The notes below the pieces were generated by a model. It worked only from the letters and a program-made list of their open reading frames with translations. It ran no database searches and had not been told where the DNA came from. Below are positions 55,330 to 63,713 of a stretch of DNA of 64,000 bases, one piece after another. Each line of letters begins with the position of its first letter. Positions within the stretch are counted from its first letter, which is position 1. A program made the translations under genes and the position numbers. Where the stretch lies: the IMG/VR virus record IMGVR_UViG_3300028172_000069; one strand, 5' to 3'. The stretch is from a virus. Lineage: Duplodnaviria; Caudoviricetes.

Positions 55330-55887
55330 TCAGTCGTCCTGATCACCGACGCTGAAATTTTTCAGCATGATCTGGACAGGGTTACGCGCCAGGCGCTTGT
55401 TGACGAATTCGATCCGTGCCTTCATGGCGTCGTCTACAGGCACTTCGTCGCTCAGGGTAATGTGCGGGCTGTACGGGATGAACGTGTGCTCGGCACCCAG
55501 TTGCTGGCAGCGTGCGTTGAGCGAGATAACGGACTCACTCACCAGCTTCAGGACGATGTACGTCTTGCCGTTGTGGCCAACCCACGACTCGACAGCGTTG
55601 ACCAGCGCCGAGAACTGGTTGTCCTTATAGGCCTGCACAACGTCCAGCACTTCTGGCAGCGGCGCAGTAGCAGCCACTTTGGAGTAGACGACGGTGCAAT
55701 GCAGCGCATGTTCGTCTGGGCTCAGCTCCAGTTCGTCTGCCAGTTTCAGGATGGCGTCCACGTACTCTGGTACCACATCAACGGCAGAGTACAGCCCGTT
55801 GGTGCCGGTGTAGGGTACGAAGATCAGCTTGTTGGCAGCCTCTGCCACATTGTCATCGTGGGCTTTCATGCTCATGGTGATTTTCAT
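55330..55887 (-). CDS. acb1: anti-CBASS 2H phosphoesterase (T4 57B/Acb1 homolog)
   Basis: GLYSA...LHCTVVYS...W.....IVL.L.SE...LGAEHTF.PYSPHITLS; two HxT motifs, colinear with T4 Acb1 as recalled. Confidence 0.85.
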   Translation of the reverse strand: MKITMSMKAHDDNVAEAANKLIFVPYTGTNGLYSAVDVVPEYVDAILKLADELELSPDEHALHCTVVYSKVAATAPLPEVLDVVQAYKDNQFSALVNAVESWVGHNGKTYIVLKLVSESVISLNARCQQLGAEHTFIPYSPHITLSDEVPVDDAMKARIEFVNKRLARNPVQIMLKNFSVGDQDD

Positions 55888-56288
55888 TCCGTGACCTTTT
55901 TGAAGTTGATCGGGTCAAGGGGCACCAGCAGCCAAGTTTGCTCGATCTTCTCCAAGCCGGCGCGTGACGGATGCGGGTCGTGAAACAACTCACCATTCCG
56001 CATCACCACCATGTGCTTGCATCCGCGAGCCGACGAACCACTAGCCAGATACGTGGCTTCCATGATTCGTTCGCGTTCTTGACGCACCACCCAATAACCC
56101 TGCGAGAAGCAGAAGTTCTCGAAGTTACGCCAGTAGCGATACGACGGCTCTGGGTCATCTTCGTTGTAGAAACGCGGGACGTCGGAGAGCGGGATGCCAA
56201 AGAGCGTAGCGCACGCAGCTTCGGCACAGTTCCCACCACCGATGGTTCCCGGTACGTAGAAGGTTGTCTGGTCTACGAGACGGTTCAC
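55884..56288 (-). CDS. papain/C39-like cysteine-protease-fold protein
   Basis: GNCAEAACA (Cys), HMVV (His), HDP (Asp) in the triad order of the fold. Confidence 0.55.
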   Translation of the reverse strand: MNRLVDQTTFYVPGTIGGGNCAEAACATLFGIPLSDVPRFYNEDDPEPSYRYWRNFENFCFSQGYWVVRQERERIMEATYLASGSSARGCKHMVVMRNGELFHDPHPSRAGLEKIEQTWLLVPLDPINFKKVTE

Positions 56289-56289
56289 G

Positions 56290-56679
56290 TTACACTCCGT
56301 TCAGGAATGCGGCCACGTCTTCCAGACTATCGCACGTTTTGGCACAATGCTCGTCGATCATTCGACGCACCTGTTGCAGCGATTTCCACTGAGCTTCGGA
56401 GAACTCAGCACCGTCATCCGAGCGCAAGGCACAGAACACGGTCTTGGAGGAGCGTTTGATGCTGTCGCACACGACCTCTGCGATACTGAACACGCCCGTC
56501 ATCTTTGGAGTGATAACGTACAGGTTGTAGTCGCAGATTTCACGCTGGCGGCGTTCCTCCTCCATACACTCTGGAGTCCAGTTGGGGACCACAGGGTTGA
56601 AGAAGTCGATGTTCAACATCGGAATCAAACGCTCGCGCCATGTGCTATCGTTACAGGTACCGCCGAGGAAAACTTTCAT
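56290..56679 (-). CDS. nucleoside 2-deoxyribosyltransferase-like protein (Nuc_deoxyri_tr2)
   Basis: KVFLGGTCN.STWR..LIP.L.IDFFNPVV..WT...CDY.LYVITP...FSIAE. Confidence 0.85.
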   Translation of the reverse strand: MKVFLGGTCNDSTWRERLIPMLNIDFFNPVVPNWTPECMEEERRQREICDYNLYVITPKMTGVFSIAEVVCDSIKRSSKTVFCALRSDDGAEFSEAQWKSLQQVRRMIDEHCAKTCDSLEDVAAFLNGV

Positions 56680-56716
56680 TGCACGCCTCAGTGAGATAGT
56701 CAGTTTCATGGTCGCC

Positions 56717-57457
56717 TCAGAGTTTCGACAAGTCCCAGATCACGTCGGACTGCGCAGCTACATACGCAGGGTCGAGAACTACGGACGTTTCAAAGCCCAC
56801 CAGGCCTTCGCACATGCGATAAGCCAGACGCCCATCAGGCAGCTGGTAGGTCGGACGACGTGGACGGGTGTGTACACATGGTGCACCGATACCCTTACCG
56901 ACACGTGCGCCACAGACTGGGCAGGTGTAGGACGAGTAGTACATGCCCATGGAGTAGGTGTTGATTTCACCACTCAGGAGCTTGTTCACCAGGTACGAGT
57001 CCTTGGTGCGGTCGAAGCCCATGAGTTTCACCAGCTTCGCAAACTTCTTGTTGCGTGGCAGTGGGCGCAGGTACGTGTCGAAGATCACGCCCTTGGCTTT
57101 GGTGATATCCTTGTTGTCGTGCTCGACGTGAGTAGGCTTGCCCACCCAGGTACGATACGCCATCTGGCCGAACTCAGGGTTGAACGCGGTCAGCTCCTTG
57201 AACGACGCACTGTCACCGTTGGTGTTTGGCACCGAGGTAACGATTGAGGGCAGCGCCACGATGATGTAGTCGCGGATATCCTCACTGATGCGATAGTGCG
57301 GTGCTGCCTGTTTCAGCCAGATGTTGGCGTCGAGAACGCGAGCGTCACCGCCAGCTTGTTGCGCGTCCAGCTCAAGGCCTTGCTTGGTCTGAGCAACACG
57401 GTGCATTTCCGTAGGCGCCAAACCCAGCGAGAAGCTGGTACTTACCATGTGTGTCAT
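56717..57457 (-). CDS. putative prohead protease (HK97/assemblin-like fold)
   Basis: NTNGD...AYRTW.GKP..VEH...KG.I.D; YSMG...CPVCG...C.H; FETSVV.DPAY. Confidence 0.65.
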   Translation of the reverse strand: MTHMVSTSFSLGLAPTEMHRVAQTKQGLELDAQQAGGDARVLDANIWLKQAAPHYRISEDIRDYIIVALPSIVTSVPNTNGDSASFKELTAFNPEFGQMAYRTWVGKPTHVEHDNKDITKAKGVIFDTYLRPLPRNKKFAKLVKLMGFDRTKDSYLVNKLLSGEINTYSMGMYYSSYTCPVCGARVGKGIGAPCVHTRPRRPTYQLPDGRLAYRMCEGLVGFETSVVLDPAYVAAQSDVIWDLSKL

Positions 57458-57801
57458 CGGTCGCCCCTTTGGACTACGTGCTTAACCCACGACCGCGCTT
57501 CTTTCATGGTCATGGGTTGTGGGTTAATGAGAAACGGCTGTCCGCCTGCGAGTGTGACGTGAGGGCGCAGTCTCTCACCTTCATCGTCCTCGTCCACATG
57601 CGGGAAGTCGAACGGATCAAACTCACCGCCGTGCACCTTAGCCGTCCAGATGCGCAGCGAGTGACTATGATCGGTTGACGGCTCTTCCCGAGTGCTGATC
57701 GTTGCGATCTGCTTGTCACCCAGGAGAACGTGCCAGGTCTTGCGTAGCGCAATCGGCTTACGCATTTCCGCTTTATCGCAGCGGTAACGGATTCGCTCCA
57801 T
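57454..57801 (-). CDS. hypothetical protein
   Basis: 115-aa ORF, GGAGG RBS. Confidence 0.7.
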   Translation of the reverse strand: MERIRYRCDKAEMRKPIALRKTWHVLLGDKQIATISTREEPSTDHSHSLRIWTAKVHGGEFDPFDFPHVDEDDEGERLRPHVTLAGGQPFLINPQPMTMKEARSWVKHVVQRGDR

Positions 57802-57854
57802 ATAGCCTCCGTTATACGAGGGCAGTTGCGAGGATCAGAGTGATTTGCATGGAG

Positions 57855-59309
57855 TCACCAGTTGAGGAAAGATACGTGGTAGAGACCGTGGTCTTCGTTC
57901 ATTCCAACCGCAACAATCGTGCGATTAGGACCCGATGTGTAGAAGAGATAGGTCTCTTCACCTGGGTCGGTTACGTGGTCTCGCTCACGCAAGATACCTT
58001 GGGAACTCAATGCCTTCTCGAAGGTAGTTGCGAGTGTCTTCAGGTCCACGCTGCTGTGTCCGTAGAAGCTCTTGCCGGGAATACCTTTCGGACGTTCACC
58101 GACAATTGGCAGTGCTGCGTTGAACACTGTGCCGTAAACGTCCACGTGAGAAGATGCGATGGCACTGAACATCTCCTTCGATTGGGCGTGCAGGTCGTCC
58201 ATATCCATGTTGCGTAGGTAGCTCTGGGTTTGCGTGATGATTTCGTTGACTGTCTGGTAGTTCTGCTCTTCAGGAGTCATGTTACCATCAGCCGCGGTCG
58301 ATGCGATGCCTTTGAAGTCTTCCCAGGTATCGAGCAGGCCGCGTGCAACGATCATCCCAAGTGGGCCAGCGCCGAGTGCAAGCATCGTGACACCAGCACC
58401 TAAGATGGCAGCTTTGACAACGAAGCCCAGCACGGCTTTACCATCGCGCTGTTTCTTCTTGTCCTTGTGACCCTTGCCGCCTTTCTTATCCTTCTTGCCC
58501 TTCTTCTTTTTCTTCTTGGACTTCTTGTCTTCCTCCTCGTCCTCTTCTTCCTCATCAGCGTCGTCGCTAAGTTCAGGGTCGTTGGCCTTGTCACCTTCGG
58601 TGATGGGCTTGCCATCAGCGTCGAACTCTGGCTGGCCGTCAGAGTCTACTGCTTGGCGATCAGGGTCAGTCTCCTTATCGCCTTCGCTGCGGTTGTCGTC
58701 GTCGTGCGTGGATGCGGCGTCACCTTGCATCAGATCGCGTACAGCACTCAGGCCACGATCGAACAGGTGTGGCTTGTCTTTCGCCTTGGCATCGACCACG
58801 TCGTGAATCTCGTCGCGGTTCTCGTCGATGTTGTTGGCACCGCGCTTCAAGTGCTCTGGCTTGATGTTCTCCAGAGCCTTCACGGACTCGCGATTGATAA
58901 CGCCAGCGCCGTCATCGGTGAGAATCTTGCGCTGCTTATCGACCTCTGCCATGTTCTCCTTGGAGCGCTTGGTGCGATCCTTGCGAGACTCTTTGGTGCT
59001 GATCTTGGTATCCTGCACACGACCCTTGCCGCCTTTGAAGCGAGGCTTGTGACGGCTCTTTGGGTAGCGTTCATCGTACTTGGCTTTCGCCTTATCGCTG
59101 AGGCCGTCGTACTCAGTCCGCGTCAGGCGACGCTGCTTGACTGGCTCGGTGTGCCCCTTCTTTACCGTCTTGCCCTTGAGCAGGAACCGGTGCTTGCTCT
59201 TGGGATACTTCTCCAGATACTTCTTCTGGCCCGACGTCCCCAGTCTCAGGAAGTCGTCCTTGTTCAGGCGCTTCTGCGGCGCTGCTAGCGATAGGCTGAC
59301 GAGGAGCAT
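57855..59309 (-). CDS. putative internal head/ejected protein
   Basis: Two Y.(K/R)YP.S.H basic modules, an acidic-then-polylysine tract, then a long hydrophobic Gly/Ala segment. Confidence 0.6.
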   Translation of the reverse strand: MLLVSLSLAAPQKRLNKDDFLRLGTSGQKKYLEKYPKSKHRFLLKGKTVKKGHTEPVKQRRLTRTEYDGLSDKAKAKYDERYPKSRHKPRFKGGKGRVQDTKISTKESRKDRTKRSKENMAEVDKQRKILTDDGAGVINRESVKALENIKPEHLKRGANNIDENRDEIHDVVDAKAKDKPHLFDRGLSAVRDLMQGDAASTHDDDNRSEGDKETDPDRQAVDSDGQPEFDADGKPITEGDKANDPELSDDADEEEEDEEEDKKSKKKKKKGKKDKKGGKGHKDKKKQRDGKAVLGFVVKAAILGAGVTMLALGAGPLGMIVARGLLDTWEDFKGIASTAADGNMTPEEQNYQTVNEIITQTQSYLRNMDMDDLHAQSKEMFSAIASSHVDVYGTVFNAALPIVGERPKGIPGKSFYGHSSVDLKTLATTFEKALSSQGILRERDHVTDPGEETYLFYTSGPNRTIVAVGMNEDHGLYHVSFLNW

Positions 59310-60390
59310 TTTGGAATCCCATGATTGTGGCAATATCGTTCGCCAGGCGGCCGTCGATCTTGGGCGCCAGCTTCATTGCGTGTTGAATGTTTTCTTTGGC
59401 CCGGGTCATCTGACCAAGAGAGAAGTAGCAGACGGCGAGCAGGTGATACGGCCAGTGCTGGTAGTATTCATCCCGATGGATCATGCTCACCTGAGGCTGA
59501 GTCTCGACGCGCAGGGCATTACGGAGCATGCCAATGCAAGGCTCGTATTGGCCACACTGGAAGTACAAGAAGGCGAGCGCACAGAAAGGCTCACGGGCGC
59601 TTGGGAACTCGGCGATTGCGCGATAATGCCACGCTTCGCATTCGTTGAGCGCTTCTTCCAGTTGACCATCCATGGCGAAGTAGCACTGGGCGATGTACAG
59701 CGCAGACTCAGAGCGGAACGGACCATGGGTTTCGATTTCGATGTGCTTCTTGAGCCACATGATCGCGTCGAAGTATTGACCCTGGTACATGAACTCACGG
59801 CCGAGATACTGGACCATGCGTGCGTCGTCTGGATTCTCCTCGACACCCTTTTGCAGGAGTTCAAGGTAGGACGAACGCGGCTTGTCGTTGTCTGGCTCAT
59901 GGAACACGTCGATCGGAAGTTCCTTGTACGTGTAGTTCTCGTAGCAAGCGAGGAGCTCATGCACTGGATACTTCCAGTAGAAACCGTGGCGCGTGTGGAT
60001 TGCTTCGCGCAGATAGGAGACGATGGGCTTGCGCGCTTCATCGTATTGGAAGACCAGACGCACCGCGTACATGTGGTGCGAACGGTTGGAGATCAGTTCC
60101 TTGATCTTGGTAATGCTTCCCGGCTCCATGACCTCGTCAAGGTCAATGAACATGCAGTAATCCACATCCATGCTGACGAGGTTCATGGCGGAGTTACGCG
60201 CCGTGTCGAATCGGAAGGGTTCAAATGCCATGGAGCTGACTTTGACGCCCAGCGACTTGAGGGCCTGCTGGGTACCATCTGTCGAGCCCGTGTCCAGCAC
60301 AACGATTTCGTCAGCGTCCTTGACGCCTTCAAACCAGCGAGAGACGTGCTTGGCTTCGTTCTTTGCAATTGCGTATACGGCGAGTTTCAT
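59113..60390 (-). CDS. glycosyltransferase family 2 with TPR repeats
   Basis: AIAKNE...DEIVVLDTGSTDGT...F..ARN...FIDLDE (DxD)...VHE; TPR-like helices in the C-half. Confidence 0.9.
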   Translation of the reverse strand: MKLAVYAIAKNEAKHVSRWFEGVKDADEIVVLDTGSTDGTQQALKSLGVKVSSMAFEPFRFDTARNSAMNLVSMDVDYCMFIDLDEVMEPGSITKIKELISNRSHHMYAVRLVFQYDEARKPIVSYLREAIHTRHGFYWKYPVHELLACYENYTYKELPIDVFHEPDNDKPRSSYLELLQKGVEENPDDARMVQYLGREFMYQGQYFDAIMWLKKHIEIETHGPFRSESALYIAQCYFAMDGQLEEALNECEAWHYRAIAEFPSAREPFCALAFLYFQCGQYEPCIGMLRNALRVETQPQVSMIHRDEYYQHWPYHLLAVCYFSLGQMTRAKENIQHAMKLAPKIDGRLANDIATIMGFQNAPRQPIASSAAEAPEQGRLPETGDVGPEEVSGEVSQEQAPVPAQGQDGKEGAHRASQAASPDAD

Positions 60391-60449
60391 TCGGGTAACT
60401 CCGGGTTAGCTTCTCATGGAGATAGCAGTTGTCGATTAACGAGGCGCTT

Positions 60450-61115
60450 TCAGCTTGTTTTGCGGACAGGCTTGCTGTTACGCAAGCTCGTCTGAGCACT
60501 CTTGAGTGAGGTCTCCAATTTGGCTAGCGACGCTTCCAGTTCTCTGCGTGCGCGCGGTGTCTTAGCGTCGCTGATTTGGCGTTTTGTGATTGCGATTTGG
60601 TTTGCTAGTTTGCGAATGTTGCGGCGCAAGAATGGGCGACCTGCACCACCTTGCGTTGCGCGGGATGCTTTCTCGCTGCGCTGTACCGTGGCGCTATCGC
60701 CTGCACGTGGTGTCTTCTGGTTGCGCGGAAGGTGACGCTTGGAGTGATCGGCTTTTGCTTGCTGGGCTTTGGTAAGCTGCTCAGTCGCACGCTCCAGTTT
60801 GGCGTTCAAAGGAGTAGACAATTCACCCTTAAGCGCTTTGATGACTTCGCGTACGGATTTGATCTTGCCTCGCACGGTTTCGATGCGGGCTTTTGTTGCC
60901 TGCGGTGTGACAGCACGACGAGTGCCATTACCTTTCAGCTTGGCCAACGTTTCTTTCAACGTGTCCAGCTTTTTGTTCTGGCTTGCGATCTTGGTCGCAA
61001 TGGAAACGTCTTTCTTGAGTTCCTTGACGCGCTCTTGGTGCTCTTTCAGGTTCGCCGGCTTTGCAGCAGCAACGGACTCGAAGCTATCGTCCGCGCGAAT
61101 GATGATCTTGCCCAT
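60450..61115 (-). CDS. basic coiled-coil protein with shared leader (putative internal head protein)
   Basis: MGKIIIRADDSFESVAA leader; K/R-rich; paralog of 61143-62129. Confidence 0.75.
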   Translation of the reverse strand: MGKIIIRADDSFESVAAAKPANLKEHQERVKELKKDVSIATKIASQNKKLDTLKETLAKLKGNGTRRAVTPQATKARIETVRGKIKSVREVIKALKGELSTPLNAKLERATEQLTKAQQAKADHSKRHLPRNQKTPRAGDSATVQRSEKASRATQGGAGRPFLRRNIRKLANQIAITKRQISDAKTPRARRELEASLAKLETSLKSAQTSLRNSKPVRKTS

Positions 61116-61142
61116 GATGGGTTCCTTATGGACAGGTAGTGA

Positions 61143-62129
61143 TTAACGCGAATCGCGCAGACCGAGCTTCACATCGCGACCGTATTCGGCAGCTTTGCGT
61201 TTGTCGGAATCCACTTGCTTGCGGTGTACGCGCGTGGCGGCCTTCTTGCTGCGCTCGTTGGCAGCCTCGTCTTTTGCACGCTGCGCAGCCGATGGCTTCA
61301 TTTTGGTCAGTGCAATGCGAGTGGAGTTGTAGGACTTCTCCAGAGCTTTGAGCTCCTTGGCCGCCATGTTTTTCGACTCGGTAGTGCGCGCATTGGCAAC
61401 CTTGCGCTTGGCCGCTTCTACAGCCCGACCGATCTGGTTGAAGCGCGTCATCAGCTCTTTGCGCTCACGATCATAGTCGGCCGACGGTGCAGCAGGCGTT
61501 GCCTTGGTGGCTTTCTTCTTCTCGAACAGGTGACCGCTGTAGACCAGGTCAGGTGCCTTGCCAGCTTCGAGTTTGCGAACGTCACGCTTGGCGCTGCGAA
61601 TGCGATGGATCAAGTCATCTTCATCGCCTTTGCCCGCTTCGTTTGCGCGCTCCAGAGACGTGATATGCTTCTGCAAGGTGCGGATGGAAGCGTCTTTGTT
61701 CTTGAGGACGTCTTTGCGCATGACGTCACGGCCAGCGGCGTGTTCCTTGGACGCAGTACGGACAGTGGTACTGTGCTCTTTCTGCGCTTCTTTGGCATGC
61801 GCCAGCTTCTGCGCTACTTCGTCCGGATCAGTGTGGCGCTGGTTCGACAGCTTGCCTTTGAGAGCGCGCACTTGCTCTTTGGCATCAGCCACGGCTTGCT
61901 TCGCCTTGTCGCGCTTGGCGATGTTACCGGCAACCTTCGGAGCGTGCTTGAGTTTCGCCAGCGTATCGCGTGCCTTTTCTTCGGCGGTGCGTTGCTTCTT
62001 GATATCCTTGGCGATCTTCAAGTCTTTGGTAAGATTGGTGACGTGCTGCTTGTGCTCGTGGGTGGAGTTTGGTGCGCGTGCTGCAACAGCCTCGAAGGAG
62101 TCGTCCGCGCGAATGATGATCTTGCCCAT
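61143..62129 (-). CDS. basic coiled-coil protein with shared leader (putative internal head protein)
   Basis: MGKIIIRADDSFEAVAA leader; K/A-rich. Confidence 0.75.
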   Translation of the reverse strand: MGKIIIRADDSFEAVAARAPNSTHEHKQHVTNLTKDLKIAKDIKKQRTAEEKARDTLAKLKHAPKVAGNIAKRDKAKQAVADAKEQVRALKGKLSNQRHTDPDEVAQKLAHAKEAQKEHSTTVRTASKEHAAGRDVMRKDVLKNKDASIRTLQKHITSLERANEAGKGDEDDLIHRIRSAKRDVRKLEAGKAPDLVYSGHLFEKKKATKATPAAPSADYDRERKELMTRFNQIGRAVEAAKRKVANARTTESKNMAAKELKALEKSYNSTRIALTKMKPSAAQRAKDEAANERSKKAATRVHRKQVDSDKRKAAEYGRDVKLGLRDSR

Positions 62130-62185
62130 GCTGTGCTATTCCTTGGTCTTGTGGAAAGCGGCCCGTTGCGAGCCGCTATCTGGCC

Positions 62186-63283
62186 TTACTTCTGCTTGAT
62201 CTTGCCTTCGAGGCGAATGATCTTGGCATTCAGGCTTTGCAGTTGAATGCTCAGCTTACCGTACAGCGGACCCTGACCTTTGGCTGCGGTGACACGCTTG
62301 CGCAATTCTTTGGCCTCAGCCTTGGCTTTCTCCAACATGCGTTCCAGCTTGGCGCGCGCTTCTGGCGTGGTGCCCATGCTCTTGGTCTTCGGAGTAGGAA
62401 CAGCAACCGGCTTGACAGGCTTCACTTGCTTGACGCGACGACCGTTGACTTCGGCTGGCAGCTTCGGCTTACCTTCGGCTGTAGCACCCTTACGCAGTTC
62501 ACGCAGCGCACCGCGCAGCTTCGCCAGGTCGGCTTGCATGTGCGGCTTTTTGGTAGGAGTGGCGTTCGCCAGCTCTTTCTTGAGCGCGTAGATTTTGGTC
62601 AGGGTGTTCTTGATCGCAGTGGCGTTCTTGTCGTCTTTGTGAGTCAGCACCTTCGCTGGCTTCTTGGTAGACGCGGTCGGCTTGACTACTGGCTTTGGCG
62701 CAGGCTTGAGTGCCTGAGCTTCGTGCTTGTCGAGGGTCACCTTGACGGTGTGCTTCAACTTGCCAGAGGCGGTCTTGGCTTGCTGCGCGAACTTGGCAGC
62801 AGGATCTTTCGGAGTGCGTGGAATCTTCGCACCAGCACCACCGATGCCGGGACCACCGATGTTCACTTTCGGCTGCTTGGGCGCCAAGGCTTCTTTGGCC
62901 TTGCGTACCTTGGCACGCTCTTTGGCATCAGCTTCCTGTTGAGTCAGGCGGGCGATACGGTCTTCGTGCTTGGCGATCTGCCCTTCAAGCTTGGTGATCT
63001 GGCGTTGCATCCCGAGCACTGTGTCCTTTGTGGACAGTGCGTGCTTCTGGCGCTCGGCGCTGATCTTGCTGCGAATGGATTCTTTCTGACTTGGCGGTAC
63101 GTGCTGCAGGCGCAGCTTGAGCGCAGCAATGCGCTTCAACGGCTCGACTTTCTTTTTGCGTTCTTTGATACCAGTCTGAGTGGACTTGATGAGAGTCTTG
63201 TACGCCTTGATCTTGGACGCGTAGGTATCTTGCATCGCGATGGCCTCGAAGGAGCCGTCGGCGCGAATGGTGAGAAGTGCCAT
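62186..63283 (-). CDS. basic histone-H1-like protein with shared leader
   Basis: MALLTIRADGSFEAIAM leader after GGAG RBS; KPAPKPVVKP tracts. Confidence 0.75.
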   Translation of the reverse strand: MALLTIRADGSFEAIAMQDTYASKIKAYKTLIKSTQTGIKERKKKVEPLKRIAALKLRLQHVPPSQKESIRSKISAERQKHALSTKDTVLGMQRQITKLEGQIAKHEDRIARLTQQEADAKERAKVRKAKEALAPKQPKVNIGGPGIGGAGAKIPRTPKDPAAKFAQQAKTASGKLKHTVKVTLDKHEAQALKPAPKPVVKPTASTKKPAKVLTHKDDKNATAIKNTLTKIYALKKELANATPTKKPHMQADLAKLRGALRELRKGATAEGKPKLPAEVNGRRVKQVKPVKPVAVPTPKTKSMGTTPEARAKLERMLEKAKAEAKELRKRVTAAKGQGPLYGKLSIQLQSLNAKIIRLEGKIKQK

Positions 63284-63293
63284 GAATAACTCC

Positions 63294-63713
63294 TTAGATT
63301 TTCTTAAGGCGGGAGAGGCCTTTGCGGATACCATCGACGTACTGCTGAGCGTTACGGACTTCGCGAGCTGCGTCGTCGTGTGCTGCTTCATCGGCACTGT
63401 CAGGCATTTTGGCGAGGCGGGCGCGAGCAACCTTGAGCTTCTCCAGGCCGATGGCCAGATCACGCTTCAAGTGCTGGACGGCTTTCGAGTCAGTGGTGAC
63501 CAAAGCTTTCTTGTCGTGCGTGTTGTCGTAACCGTTCAGCAGCTCCATGAGCCGCGGGTAACCACGCACACCCTTTGGACGAAGACCCTCCGAGTGGAGA
63601 ATCTCCGTCGCATGTTTGTAGTACGGGTGCTTCTGAATCGTCTTCCAGTCCGGATCGTCGTCGGACGCAACGGCCTTGAAGCTATCGTCAGCACCAATGA
63701 GAATCTTGGCCAT
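63294..63713 (-). CDS. protein with shared leader (putative internal head protein)
   Basis: MAKILIGADDSFKAVAS leader; TAATG coupling. Confidence 0.7.
   Translation of the reverse strand: MAKILIGADDSFKAVASDDDPDWKTIQKHPYYKHATEILHSEGLRPKGVRGYPRLMELLNGYDNTHDKKALVTTDSKAVQHLKRDLAIGLEKLKVARARLAKMPDSADEAAHDDAAREVRNAQQYVDGIRKGLSRLKKI

Noticed and set aside
59080-63289. Long plus-strand ORFs opposite the GT2 and basic-protein genes
   Set aside because: Antisense shadows rich in L/F/V from reversed Lys/Glu codons
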